Made by a program: the position numbers and the translations under genes
DNA from: an uncultured Thermoproteaceae archaeon
GTDB taxonomy: Archaea > Thermoproteota > Thermoprotei > Thermoproteales > Thermocladiaceae
Length of the DNA: 64,000 bases
Assembly: GCA_964575955.1 (NCBI GenBank)
Contig: CAZNTG010000006.1
Location: 128,001 to 192,000 of the forward strand
Reading direction: 5' to 3'
Shown here: positions 9,912 to 20,093 of the stretch, piece after piece
Layout: every line of letters begins with the position of its first letter
Numbering within the stretch: position 1 is the first letter of the stretch
Notes under the pieces: model-generated
Databases searched by the model: none
What the model was told of the DNA's origin: nothing
The model's input: the letters and a program-made list of their open reading frames with translations, nothing else

Positions 9912-10826
9912 TGCTAGTTCTGGCTCTCCATAACCCATACTGTGTAGGAATACTCTAGCTTTAGATAAGTACTCAAGCACTTGATGAAAAGGTAGATTTG
10001 GTTTTAACAAGACAACATCTTCAAGATTATACTCCTTTACAAGTCTTTTACAATAATTGAAGTAGGGTTCCTGAGCTTTAGATAAACCACCAATAATGAC
10101 AAATTTACAATCTTTACCATACTCCTCAACGTACTTCTTAGCTATCAATATTTGAATATCCTGCTTCTTATCAGGAGAATATCTACCTAGTGAAACAACA
10201 ATATTCTCTCTAGATGTATTTTCTGCAACTTTACTAAATTCAGAAAAGTTTACAGGTGGGTATATGTATCCTGACAATTTTATATTATACCTCTTCTCAA
10301 TAAGTTCTTTCATCCATCTAGCATCAGTATAAACTTCAATTAAACCCTTATCAATATATTCTACAAGTTTCTTAAAAGACCATCTAGCAATTTTACGATA
10401 AGGTAGATAGTACATCTTCCAAATCTTAGAAGTTCTATACTTTACATCAACTTCCTCCATATCCCAATATGGTACATATATGATCAAGACGTACTTATCA
10501 TACTTCAAACCTGGACATGGAAGCCAAGTTCCAGATGCATTAAATACATAATTAAACTTTTTAAATGATGGTAATAGTTGTACTAGAAGTTTTTGATAGA
10601 GACTAAATGAGTCAAAAAATATTAATGAACTATGAAAATAAACCTTAGAAAAATCAATATTCTTATCAGGATATTTCTCTCTTAAAAATTGTTCAGATAT
10701 CTTCCTCATAGTAAATAAATGAACTTCAAAACCTCTATGTGTAAAATGTTCAACAGCTGTAACTGTAAGCTTTTCACCACCACCATATATATTTGCAAAT
10801 CTATGAATAACAGCTATACTCTTCAC
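9642..10826 (-). CDS. Glycosyltransferase family 4
   Basis: GGGEK, IYPPV, GRYSPDK, EPLSIACLEG. Confidence 0.85.
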   Translation of the reverse strand: MKSIAVIHRFANIYGGGEKLTVTAVEHFTHRGFEVHLFTMRKISEQFLREKYPDKNIDFSKVYFHSSLIFFDSFSLYQKLLVQLLPSFKKFNYVFNASGTWLPCPGLKYDKYVLIIYVPYWDMEEVDVKYRTSKIWKMYYLPYRKIARWSFKKLVEYIDKGLIEVYTDARWMKELIEKRYNIKLSGYIYPPVNFSEFSKVAENTSRENIVVSLGRYSPDKKQDIQILIAKKYVEEYGKDCKFVIIGGLSKAQEPYFNYCKRLVKEYNLEDVVLLKPNLPFHQVLEYLSKARVFLHSMGYGEPELAQEPLSIACLEGIASGCLPLLYAGGGAFEIVNYKKEYLYTNIEEAAHKIAKLLSMDIDEHVRRSRELRSYIHANFSEETFKKNLDKLLPP

Positions 10827-10859
10827 AAAGAAAGGTCTAGCTAGTACGAATATTAAAAT

Positions 10860-12284
10860 TTAGCTTAACAACTTTAAGAGTCTAAATATTGGAAAACTGT
10901 GAGATAGAGTATTCAAAATCTGGTTAAATGTAACATCAATACTGCAGCTACTATCAACAACTTTAAAATTAAATAACTTTGAAAACTTTAATAGATATAT
11001 TCTATACCTCATATAGAACTCTATAGGATATACATGAACATCACTTCTACGATTATACGATACTCTAGGATCAACATCAAGTAATATCACAATATCAGGT
11101 TTTATAAAAAACCTACTATAAATCTTGTAAATATGTACTAAACTTAGACCTCTAATAAATAGACCGATGAGAGATTCATATACATACCTATCAACTATGA
11201 CAAAATCATACATTATAGATGTGAAGTATACATAAAATGAGAATATTAATCTATACAATATCGTAGAGACTACTCTCAATAATAGTCTAAAACTAACATT
11301 ACTATACTTACCTGAGGATGGTGAACATGATTCAACTCTACTTACTAATCCAACACTCGATCTAGATATTCTTAAGAATCTTCTAAAATATTCTTTAAAT
11401 CTAATTAATGGATTATGCTCTTCTAAGTGTACATATGTAACTTTAAATCCAAACTTTCTCAACTTCTTTAATAACATCTTTGATTGTGTAGTCTTTCCAC
11501 TTGCATCAATACCTTCAAATACCACTATAAGACCTCTCAAATTTTTAACACTATTTAATATTGATAGGAGTGTTGCTTTAATGACTCTTCTAAAGTATAT
11601 GTATTTAGTTGATTTAGAACTTTTAGAGGGTAGTATGTTGTTTATTAAAAATCTCAATAAAATACCTACAGGTAGTATAACTTCCCTACTTTTAAATAAT
11701 CCTTTAGGTATTTTTCCTCTTAATATACCTGTATAGTATTTTACTAAATATTCTAGTTTGTACTTTTGTGAAAGTCTACTTATCTCAGACTTATCTACAC
11801 AATTTTCTCTAAGTATTTTATATATTATTACTAGTTCATCAATATTTAATCTCATGTGTATTAGTGAGTGTATGAATAGTAAGAATATTTGCATTGTTGG
11901 ATTTAGAATATATATTCTATACCTATTCTCGATTGGTATTATATTTTTCTCAATATCTTCTATATCTAAAATTTTTAATCCTAACCAAGATATTGATAGA
12001 TATATATCAATTTCAAGTTCGCCATCCTGTATAGATATTCTATCAATATTATTATATCTTATTTTAATATTTTCAATTTTCTTCAATTCATCTAGTAGTT
12101 TTGTAATATCTCTACAGTTTAGTAGTAGTATATCTACATCTCTGCCCTCTATGCGTGGTTTTAATATGATTATCTTATCGCAATGTTTGGATAGTATTTC
12201 TAGTATATTTCTTCTATTTAGTAAACTTTCTAATTCGTTGTTGTAGAGTTTTAGATATTCTTCACTTATTGTTATATTTTTCAT
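10860..12284 (-). CDS. Fusion of a nucleotidyltransferase-like domain and a thymidylate-kinase-like P-loop kinase
   Basis: N-terminal RDVDILL; C-terminal FEGIDASGKTT, DRY and PDIVILLDV. Confidence 0.7.
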   Translation of the reverse strand: MKNITISEEYLKLYNNELESLLNRRNILEILSKHCDKIIILKPRIEGRDVDILLLNCRDITKLLDELKKIENIKIRYNNIDRISIQDGELEIDIYLSISWLGLKILDIEDIEKNIIPIENRYRIYILNPTMQIFLLFIHSLIHMRLNIDELVIIYKILRENCVDKSEISRLSQKYKLEYLVKYYTGILRGKIPKGLFKSREVILPVGILLRFLINNILPSKSSKSTKYIYFRRVIKATLLSILNSVKNLRGLIVVFEGIDASGKTTQSKMLLKKLRKFGFKVTYVHLEEHNPLIRFKEYFRRFLRISRSSVGLVSRVESCSPSSGKYSNVSFRLLLRVVSTILYRLIFSFYVYFTSIMYDFVIVDRYVYESLIGLFIRGLSLVHIYKIYSRFFIKPDIVILLDVDPRVSYNRRSDVHVYPIEFYMRYRIYLLKFSKLFNFKVVDSSCSIDVTFNQILNTLSHSFPIFRLLKLLS

Positions 12285-12285
12285 C

Positions 12286-14766
12286 TTATTCTCCTGTTAA
12301 TCTTTTAGTTATTCCAACCATGTATAGTGGTATTGTCATTCTGTTTCCATAGTAGTAGTGTAGTAGTATTTTCATTATTTCTCTTAATGCTAGCATTATT
12401 GTTACTTTTCTAACACCACATACATTTGCAGCTTCTTTCCATGGTCTTGCTTGTAGTATTTTTGCAATTATCATCTTCTCATATTCGAATGGTAGTTTAG
12501 GTTTTCTACTACTATCTAGGTAGTAGTATTTTCTAGCTACTTCAAATATTGCATCTACAGCATTTTCATATGTCATTGGTCCATATGCATATGCTACAAG
12601 TCTGTTTAGTTGTGCATTTGTTATTTTTGGTAGACATTCTTCCTCATCTTCACATAGTGGTATTCCCCAGTCTGTTAGTAGTAGTACAGCTACTTCAGGT
12701 TCTAGATCGTGGTATGGTCCATGTAGTGAGTTTATTAGTCTAATTCTAAATTCTCTATTTGCATAGTCTATTGCTTTTCTAGCTTCTTGACTTATCGGTT
12801 TTACAAGTAGTACACTATATTCACCACTTACAGGATTTCTCTCAGGACTCATATGTACAGGTTTATACTCATTCTTAATCCAGAAGCGTAGTAGTCTTTC
12901 ATGAACTCCAAATCCAACACCAACCCAATCAATACCTTTCTCCATAGCTTCTTTTTCAATCATCTTCAACATGTATGATCCTAAACCTCTATCCTGTAGT
13001 TCTGGATGTGTTGCTATTCTAACAATTCTCCAACCTCTAAGTTTTGCAAAATCTGTAAGTTTCCAATATTTTACAAGTCTATCAGGAATTATGTTTCCTG
13101 GAAGTTTTAATCCTTTAGTCATTATGTCTATAATCTCATCACTAATACCACCCTCTTCTGCAAGTTCTACAGCAACTACAATCTTACCATTTGGAAGTGC
13201 TAGAGCTCTAATGAAGTGGTGAGGTGCGTCAAGCATCATGCCTAGGTCATCTGGCTCATTTCTATAGTGTGCCTGTACGTATATTCCGAAGAATTGTCTA
13301 AGCTTATTCTCATCTTCTAAAGCCATCTTCTCTAAGTCAGGTATTATGTAGACTAGATCTTTCTTCTCTACATACTTCAAATCTTCAGACTCTATCTTTG
13401 CAGGTTCTGCATCTAGTAGAAATGTGTCAAATAGCCACTTCTCTATAGGATCATTATCTGCATATCTTATAGGTTCATGCATCTCATATTCAAATACTTT
13501 AGTATCTTTCCTCTCTCTCAAATATTTTAGGAATCTTATACTAAATCCTCTACCTGCACCTTCATAACCATGTATTGTTGATGCATATATAACTCTACTA
13601 AATCTTGCATGAATACCATATAGTACTGGTAGTGGAACCATTGCAGCTTCATCAACAACAACAAGATCAAGACCATCTTCTGAAAGTAGTGAGTATGGTC
13701 TATAGTAGTCTATGAATATTTGAGAGCCAACTCTAATAGTTCTAATAATTCCAAGATTATCACGCTCGACAATTGGGTCATATCTCAACTCTTTCAAACC
13801 TTTCAAAACAAACTCCATTAAAGTTTGTATATTTGTTAAATTCATAGCTGTAACACCAACACGAACAATACCTTTAACACGTCTAAGTTTATGACAAAAT
13901 GCTGCAACTGCAAGACCAATAACTGCTGACTTACCTCTACCTCTATCAGCAATTATGACAATGTTAGTCTTCTCACCTTTCTTAGGTCTTTCAAGAATAT
14001 TTTCAAGAATTTTCAAAGCATTTACCTGATCTTGAGTTAGTGCAAGTTTGTATATACAGGTTGGAAATCTTCTCTTATCAGGAAGCTTAATCTCAGGTCT
14101 AGACCATGGTTTAACATTTTCTAAAATCTTAGGTTCTTTAATATATCTATCATTATCGACATCTATAATACATATACCATCATGTTCTAGTAATTTTTTC
14201 CAAAATCTCTTCTTCAATAGATGTCTAACATCTTGAGGACCATATTGAGGAACTAGAAGTTGTTCTTGAAATTTTGTTAAAAACTTAGTCCAAACTTCTA
14301 GAGGTCTGATAAATATTACATATATACCACCACCACGAACAACACCACCAAGTCTACCAACATCATTTGGTTTTAAATTATCTATAATATCTAGGATAGC
14401 GAAATCGTATGTAGATCCTAGTAATTTATCAGTATCTTTATATGGTCTATATTCTATTGAAAATTCTTGTTGTACTGTTATTACTTTCCTTCTAAAATTT
14501 TCAAATCTCTTACAACTACCTGAAGAGTCATGTTGATACATGAATAGTCCTGTTGGTTTTTCTTGTCTAATTTTCTTCCAAATATTTGAAAACTCTCTCA
14601 ATATATTTATACAATAATCAACAATCTTATCATCAGATGTTCCACATAATGCTATCAGTCTACGATGATTAAGTACTAGTCCCTGTTCTATAAATTTCTT
14701 CAAGTTTTCAAATAATGTCATCATATCTGTAGTTAATATATGCTTAAAGTCTAGCTTATAAATCAT
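12286..14766 (-). CDS. tmcA: tRNA/rRNA cytidine N4-acetyltransferase TmcA/Nat10
   Basis: ADRGRGKSA, DEAA, STIHGYEGAGRGF, AHYRNEPDDL, RIVRIATHP. Confidence 0.95.
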   Translation of the reverse strand: MIYKLDFKHILTTDMMTLFENLKKFIEQGLVLNHRRLIALCGTSDDKIVDYCINILREFSNIWKKIRQEKPTGLFMYQHDSSGSCKRFENFRRKVITVQQEFSIEYRPYKDTDKLLGSTYDFAILDIIDNLKPNDVGRLGGVVRGGGIYVIFIRPLEVWTKFLTKFQEQLLVPQYGPQDVRHLLKKRFWKKLLEHDGICIIDVDNDRYIKEPKILENVKPWSRPEIKLPDKRRFPTCIYKLALTQDQVNALKILENILERPKKGEKTNIVIIADRGRGKSAVIGLAVAAFCHKLRRVKGIVRVGVTAMNLTNIQTLMEFVLKGLKELRYDPIVERDNLGIIRTIRVGSQIFIDYYRPYSLLSEDGLDLVVVDEAAMVPLPVLYGIHARFSRVIYASTIHGYEGAGRGFSIRFLKYLRERKDTKVFEYEMHEPIRYADNDPIEKWLFDTFLLDAEPAKIESEDLKYVEKKDLVYIIPDLEKMALEDENKLRQFFGIYVQAHYRNEPDDLGMMLDAPHHFIRALALPNGKIVVAVELAEEGGISDEIIDIMTKGLKLPGNIIPDRLVKYWKLTDFAKLRGWRIVRIATHPELQDRGLGSYMLKMIEKEAMEKGIDWVGVGFGVHERLLRFWIKNEYKPVHMSPERNPVSGEYSVLLVKPISQEARKAIDYANREFRIRLINSLHGPYHDLEPEVAVLLLTDWGIPLCEDEEECLPKITNAQLNRLVAYAYGPMTYENAVDAIFEVARKYYYLDSSRKPKLPFEYEKMIIAKILQARPWKEAANVCGVRKVTIMLALREIMKILLHYYYGNRMTIPLYMVGITKRLTGE

Positions 14767-14874
14767 GACATAGAGATACTGAATGATGATTATGTACTTT
14801 GAAGTACTTATCTAATGACTAGCGTATATATGTTCTTAAGTAAATGTTTAATAGGTCTAGTTAGACAGGTATGA

Positions 14875-15267
14875 GTGTCTGTTCGAATAACAACACTTCT
14901 ACAACATGTGAAGAAGATTGAGGGTAAGTACATAAATGTAGATGTGTATAGTTTAAAATCTGATGGTAGGAAGTTCATAGTTGGATTAATAACATGTCCA
15001 TATACTGGTAAGAAATTTGAATTTAAAGTTGAACCACATCTAGATCAGGCAGTTCCTGGAGTTGTACAACACGATGGAGGATTTCTAGAACATGCTAGAA
15101 AGGTTGAACAGTATAGAGAATGGTTTTATGAAAATATTGAACCATATTCAAGAAATAGTTTTCATAAGAGGAAATATTTTGTATGTAGAAAATGTGGCTA
15201 TAAAACTACCAGATACATAGACATACTTCTACACCTAGTTCAAATACATAAGTTTCTAATAGTGTAG
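14875..15267 (+). CDS. Hypothetical protein with C-terminal C2H2 zinc finger
   Basis: CRKC-x12-HLVQIH. Confidence 0.7.
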   Translation: MSVRITTLLQHVKKIEGKYINVDVYSLKSDGRKFIVGLITCPYTGKKFEFKVEPHLDQAVPGVVQHDGGFLEHARKVEQYREWFYENIEPYSRNSFHKRKYFVCRKCGYKTTRYIDILLHLVQIHKFLIV

Positions 15268-15274
15268 TATCGTA

Positions 15275-15850
15275 ATGAGAAGAATATTTCTAATAACAGG
15301 AAGACCAGGTGTTGGAAAGACAACTCTTGTAAAGAGAATTGCAGAAGCACTATACGATAAGTATAGCATTGCAGGATTTATAACACAGGAAGTTAGAGAG
15401 GCAGGAGTTAGAGTAGGATTCAAAATAATGACAATAGAAAAAGTACTTGGTAAGAATGGTGAAGAAGATTGGCTAGCACATGTATCAATGTTTCGTGGAA
15501 ATCCAAAAATAGGTAAATATAATGTAAATATAGAAGCAATAGATTACATAGGTATAAAAACATTAGAGAAAGCTCTCAAAGAAAATATAGAACTAGTAAT
15601 AATAGATGAGATAGGCCCAATGGAATTACTATCAAAAAAATTCTTACCAACAGTAGAGAAAGTATTAAATAGCGACAAGATAGTATTAGCAACAATACAT
15701 ATAAAATGTAGAGAGGATGAAAAATTAAGAAGAATAGTACAAAGACAAGACACACTACTAGTAGAACTAACAATACAGAATAGAAATAGTATGTATCAAA
15801 CAGTAAAACATGAAATAGAACAAGCATTAAGAATTAGAAGAAAACAATGA
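15275..15850 (+). CDS. THEP1-family NTPase
   Basis: GRPGVGKTT, GF.T.EVR, DEIGPME. Confidence 0.9.
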   Translation: MRRIFLITGRPGVGKTTLVKRIAEALYDKYSIAGFITQEVREAGVRVGFKIMTIEKVLGKNGEEDWLAHVSMFRGNPKIGKYNVNIEAIDYIGIKTLEKALKENIELVIIDEIGPMELLSKKFLPTVEKVLNSDKIVLATIHIKCREDEKLRRIVQRQDTLLVELTIQNRNSMYQTVKHEIEQALRIRRKQ

Positions 15851-15895
15851 TGAACCTCACGGTAACAGAAACATGAAGAAACTCCTCTAAACTGA
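15847..15895 (+). ncRNA. C/D-box guide sRNA overlapping the NTPase stop codon
   Basis: C ATGATGA, guide ACCTCACGGTAA, D' CAGA, C' ATGAAGA, guide, D CTGA; CCTCACGGTA complements conserved 23S UACCGUGAGG (from recall). Confidence 0.8.
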
Positions 15896-16017
15896 GAAAA
15901 GTAAATCAATATAGTAGAACTTGACACACATCCATACACCATCCTGAGTAGATACACATCTCTCTATCTCATACATCACTCTTCCCATCTACATAATCAA
16001 CCTCTTGTTTAGGTTAA

Positions 16018-16067
16018 TCAGCTCCACCGGAATTCTTCATCTATCTGTGCAGCGAAGAGTTCATCAT
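16018..16067 (-). ncRNA. C/D-box guide sRNA
   Basis: Minus strand reads ATGATGA-ACTCTTCGCTGCA-CAGA-TAG-ATGAAGA-ATTCCGGTGGAG-CTGA. Confidence 0.8.
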
Positions 16068-16142
16068 CTGTATACGTGTAGTATATGTATACGTTAAAAG
16101 AGTGATATTGCATTTTAGTTTCTCTTCCCTTCTTATCACTAT

Positions 16143-16730
16143 ATGCGTGAATATTTATCTAAGTTGTGGTCTCACATTTTTGATGTTTATTTAACATCTA
16201 TGAGGTGTGGTGTATATCCTATAAGTTTCTCATTTGCTAGATTTCTAACGCTTTTATCAGGTTGTCTATGTACTAGATCTAGTGTTAGAGTTTTAGAGAT
16301 TGGTTCTGGTTTCGGTTTTTCTACATCTTGGTTTGCTATATCTTTTAGATTTTGTAAATTTCCAAGTTTTGTAATTTCTATCGATATCAATTTTAATAAT
16401 GTGAAAGTTGCTTTAAAGAATATTAATGTTGATAATCTTGTAGTATTTGTAGATTTTATTGTATGTGATGGTAGATTATTACCATTTAGAGTATGTCCTT
16501 ATTTTGATATTGTCTTCATAGATGCTGATAAGGAGTATTATGTAGATTATTTAAATGAGTGTGATAAATATTTGAAGATTGGTGGTCTAGTTATTGCTCA
16601 TAATGTCTTTCTTCCTGAACCTCATAAACTTTCTAACTTTTTAAAAGAGATTTTAGAATCTAGTAAATGGTTTTCCATTTTAGTTCCTGTAGATCCTGCA
16701 GGTACTAGTATCAGTTTGAAAGTTATGTAA
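16143..16730 (+). CDS. O-methyltransferase (class I SAM)
   Basis: LEIGSGFGFS, FDIVFIDADK, GGLVIAHN. Confidence 0.85.
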   Translation: MREYLSKLWSHIFDVYLTSMRCGVYPISFSFARFLTLLSGCLCTRSSVRVLEIGSGFGFSTSWFAISFRFCKFPSFVISIDINFNNVKVALKNINVDNLVVFVDFIVCDGRLLPFRVCPYFDIVFIDADKEYYVDYLNECDKYLKIGGLVIAHNVFLPEPHKLSNFLKEILESSKWFSILVPVDPAGTSISLKVM

Positions 16731-16739
16731 ATTATACTA

Positions 16740-17213
16740 ATGATAAAACAACTTATAAGTCAGGTCATCTTTGCTAGTTTCATGCGTGTACTTACCTGTA
16801 TCAAACTTTCATTTTCATCAGCGCATACATTAACTAAAGATCTTGGAACTCAAGCATGTTCAACTATCCATGGACATAACTATACTGTTGAACTATGTTT
16901 TACATCTGAAAATCCACTTCCATGGGTCTACGATTTCAAGAGATTGAAAGTTATTGCAAAGAAGGTTATTGATCAACTTGATCATAAACTTCTACTTCCT
17001 GAAAAGATATGTAGAAGTAGTAACGTATCTATCCCAGGTACTGACCCATCAATAATATGTCTACCTGTTGAAGAAGTTACAGCTGAAGAATTAGCACTCT
17101 ACATTGCTAAGGAAGTTACAAATGTAATAAATAATGAACAGATAAAAATATCTCTTGTAAAAGTTAGACTTTATGAATCAGATACAAGCTATGTTGAGGT
17201 TGAACTACTATGA
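16740..17213 (+). CDS. queD: 6-carboxytetrahydropterin synthase
   Basis: FSSAH, C..IHGHNY, LDHK, TAEELA, LYES. Confidence 0.85.
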   Translation: MIKQLISQVIFASFMRVLTCIKLSFSSAHTLTKDLGTQACSTIHGHNYTVELCFTSENPLPWVYDFKRLKVIAKKVIDQLDHKLLLPEKICRSSNVSIPGTDPSIICLPVEEVTAEELALYIAKEVTNVINNEQIKISLVKVRLYESDTSYVEVELL

Positions 17214-17377
17214 TGAGACCTCTAGCTAGAATTTTCAAATTTATAAGTATAAAAGTTGAGAAAGGTAAAGATATTCCATATAGTGGTAAGAAGTTTGTAC
17301 TAATACTAATACTACTATTCTTAGTATTGTTAATAATTATGACTTTAATACTACTAGTAAGAGCAGGATATATCTAG
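17210..17377 (+). CDS. 55-aa single-pass membrane protein, absent from the ORF track
   Basis: ATGA overlap with the queD stop; MMRPLARIFKFISIKVEKGKDIPYSGKKFVLILILLFLVLLIIMTLILLVRAGYI*. Confidence 0.5.
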   Translation: MMRPLARIFKFISIKVEKGKDIPYSGKKFVLILILLFLVLLIIMTLILLVRAGYI

Positions 17378-17387
17378 ACATGTTGTA

Positions 17388-18698
17388 CTATCTTAAGAAT
17401 TTTCTTATAAACTCATTAATCTTTTCTGAAATTTCTCTAGCTCTACATTTCCACTTTTCAAAATCTCTATCACGATCATATACTAACTTTCCATTTACTA
17501 TAACATACTTAACATCTCTACCTGTTGCTGAGTATACTATGTTTGATATTAAATTATCTTCTCTCAATGGTTGTAGTGATATACTTTCAGCATCTAGAAG
17601 TACTAGATCTGCTAGATATCCAACCTCTACATTACCACCTCTCAATCTGAGTAGTCTATAGCCGTTCAATGTTGCTGCTCTAAGTACGTGTATAGCCTTT
17701 ATTCTAGTATCCCAATAATTATTTCTTTGAAGTAGTACTGCACATTTCATCTCTCTAAACATGTCAAGACAGTTATTACTTGCTGCTCCATCAGTGCCGA
17801 TTGTAACGTTTACCTTATCCATACACATCTCGTAGAATGGGAAGAATCCTGCTGTTGCAAGTTTCATATTTGATACAGGACAGTGAGTTACTGTGCAACC
17901 TGCATCACGTATAAGCTCGATTTCTCTACTAGTAACCCATCCTAGGTGAACCATGTGTAGTCTACTATCAAGAACGCCAATATCATGAAGTACTTCAACA
18001 GGAAACTTTCCATACTTCTGTTTACATTCATAAACTTCTTTTCTAGTCTCTGAGACATGTATATGAACATTTAGATTATACTCTTTAGCAAGTTCATAAG
18101 CCTTCTTAATACTTTCTAAAGAGCATGTATATATACTATGGACATTTACTATAGGTATTATAAGCTCATCATTACGATATTTCGATATAAAATTCTCCAT
18201 CTCTCTAAGACATCTATCAGTACTATATAGAACCTCTATTAGTGGTGGTCCAAGTGCTGCTCTAATACCATACTTCTTAGCAACTTCAGCTGTTACATGT
18301 GGGTAGAAGTACATATCTACAAATGCTGTAGTTCCTGAACTTAACATCTCTATAATTGCAAGTTCACTACCAAGCTCAATTAGTTCCTCATTGAGATGTT
18401 TTTCAACTTCCCAAACTCTAGAAAGCCATTCATATAGTTCATAGTCATCACAATATCCTCTAAGCATGACCATTGGAGAGTGTGTATGTGCATTTACAAT
18501 ACCAGGAATTACAATACAGTTAGAACAATCTAACACTTCATCAAAACTACCTTTAACATCTCTACCGATATTTACAATCTTTCCATTCTCTATAACTATA
18601 TCAACATCCTTTAAAATAATTGGATCTCCATTAACCTCATCCCACTTAAGAACCATCTTACACCTCTTCAATAGCATGATTATAGATCTAGAATCCAA
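17388..18698 (-). CDS. Amidohydrolase, MTA/SAH deaminase-like
   Basis: NAHTH, HIHVSET, HCPVSNMKL, GTDGAASNN. Confidence 0.85.
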   Translation of the reverse strand: MDSRSIIMLLKRCKMVLKWDEVNGDPIILKDVDIVIENGKIVNIGRDVKGSFDEVLDCSNCIVIPGIVNAHTHSPMVMLRGYCDDYELYEWLSRVWEVEKHLNEELIELGSELAIIEMLSSGTTAFVDMYFYPHVTAEVAKKYGIRAALGPPLIEVLYSTDRCLREMENFISKYRNDELIIPIVNVHSIYTCSLESIKKAYELAKEYNLNVHIHVSETRKEVYECKQKYGKFPVEVLHDIGVLDSRLHMVHLGWVTSREIELIRDAGCTVTHCPVSNMKLATAGFFPFYEMCMDKVNVTIGTDGAASNNCLDMFREMKCAVLLQRNNYWDTRIKAIHVLRAATLNGYRLLRLRGGNVEVGYLADLVLLDAESISLQPLREDNLISNIVYSATGRDVKYVIVNGKLVYDRDRDFEKWKCRAREISEKINEFIRKFLR

Positions 18699-19348
18699 AT
18701 GTATATAATGTCTACTATCGTGAAAAACTTAACATTACCAATACACTTCAACAATCTTGTAATATAGTTGGGATTAGGCAATTTCACAATCTCTTTCCAA
18801 ACATTTATATATGCATTAACTATAAATGGACATATTAGGAATGATATTAATGTAACAATAATCGATAGATGTACTAGTAGTATTATTCTTCTGAAAGTTG
18901 TTCTAGATTTCCAAAAGTCTACAATAATAACTCTAGAATCTTTATGAGTAACTCTACATATCTCATGTATGAAGTTTATAATATTTAAATGTCTTAATGT
19001 GTATGATGTTAATATAGTGTCAATACATCTATCCTTTATAGCTAACATCTCTCCAGAACAGCATATTATATCTATATTGTTCAAATTTCTATACTTATTA
19101 AGACAAATCTTCAATGCTGTATATGATATATCTACACATATTACATTAAGAGCTTTAGTATATATGTATGGTATATTTCTTCCAGTACCTGTTCCAATAT
19201 CCAAAATTCTGAAATTTCTATCTTTAACAAATCTTGCATATAGACTTCTAATATAGCTGTCTAATCCTAACGTCATTACTACAGCCATTCTATCATACAT
19301 TCCAAGTCTATACACAAGCTCATTAAGTATTGCAAGTCTACTTTTCAT
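18680..19348 (-). CDS. UbiE-like class I SAM methyltransferase
   Basis: LDIGTGTG motif. Confidence 0.75.
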   Translation of the reverse strand: MKSRLAILNELVYRLGMYDRMAVVMTLGLDSYIRSLYARFVKDRNFRILDIGTGTGRNIPYIYTKALNVICVDISYTALKICLNKYRNLNNIDIICCSGEMLAIKDRCIDTILTSYTLRHLNIINFIHEICRVTHKDSRVIIVDFWKSRTTFRRIILLVHLSIIVTLISFLICPFIVNAYINVWKEIVKLPNPNYITRLLKCIGNVKFFTIVDIIYIWILDL

Positions 19349-19383
19349 AGTACTTTAATAGTTAAATATTGTAACTGTAGTAG

Positions 19384-20058
19384 ATGTTGAAAGTTGTTGG
19401 TCTTGGTCCAGGATCAGAGGAATATTTAACTATTAAAGCTATTAGAGAGCTTGAAAATGCTGAAGTAATACTTACACCAGGCAGATTTTTAAACATAGTT
19501 TATAAGTATGCTAAAAACGCTGAAATATTTAAACTAGATCCTAAGAAGATAGATGAACAAATATTAGAACTATATAGAGAATATCAAAATTGTAGAATTG
19601 TAATAGTATCATCAGGAGATCCACTCTTCTCAGGAATTGGTAAGAATGTTATAAAGCTTGGAATACCTTGTGAAATAATTCCAGGAATATCATCTATACA
19701 GATTGCATGTGCTAAAGTTAAGACATCTTGGGATAATATGGCATTTTTAACACTACATGAAGAATTTCATAGAAACTGCTATGATAGTTTTATAGAGAAT
19801 GTGAAGTATTTAAAAGCTAAGTTTAGTATATTAACATCACCAAACTATAATCCAGGTAAGATATTGAGAGATATTTCTAAACATTTAAAAGATTATACAT
19901 ACTATGTTTGTGAAAATTTAACATTAAGTAATGAGAGAGTTATCTTTTTAGAAGATTTGTCTGATATTACTAATGATTTTCATTGGAATAGTGTTATAGT
20001 GTCAATTCCTAAGAAGTTGAGTGTTGTAGATCTACTATATAGACCTCTACTATGCTAG
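19384..20058 (+). CDS. cbiE: Cobalt-precorrin-7 C5-methyltransferase
   Basis: VGLGPG, SGDPLFSG, IPGISS, ENL...NER. Confidence 0.8.
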   Translation: MLKVVGLGPGSEEYLTIKAIRELENAEVILTPGRFLNIVYKYAKNAEIFKLDPKKIDEQILELYREYQNCRIVIVSSGDPLFSGIGKNVIKLGIPCEIIPGISSIQIACAKVKTSWDNMAFLTLHEEFHRNCYDSFIENVKYLKAKFSILTSPNYNPGKILRDISKHLKDYTYYVCENLTLSNERVIFLEDLSDITNDFHWNSVIVSIPKKLSVVDLLYRPLLC

Positions 20059-20093
20059 TTCTATCTACATTAGTAGTAATGTATATTTGTTAA

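Noticed and set aside
14765-14820. C/D-like words (CTGA, ATGATGA) upstream of tmcA
   Set aside because: Box order and spacing do not form a complete guide; lies in a divergent promoter region
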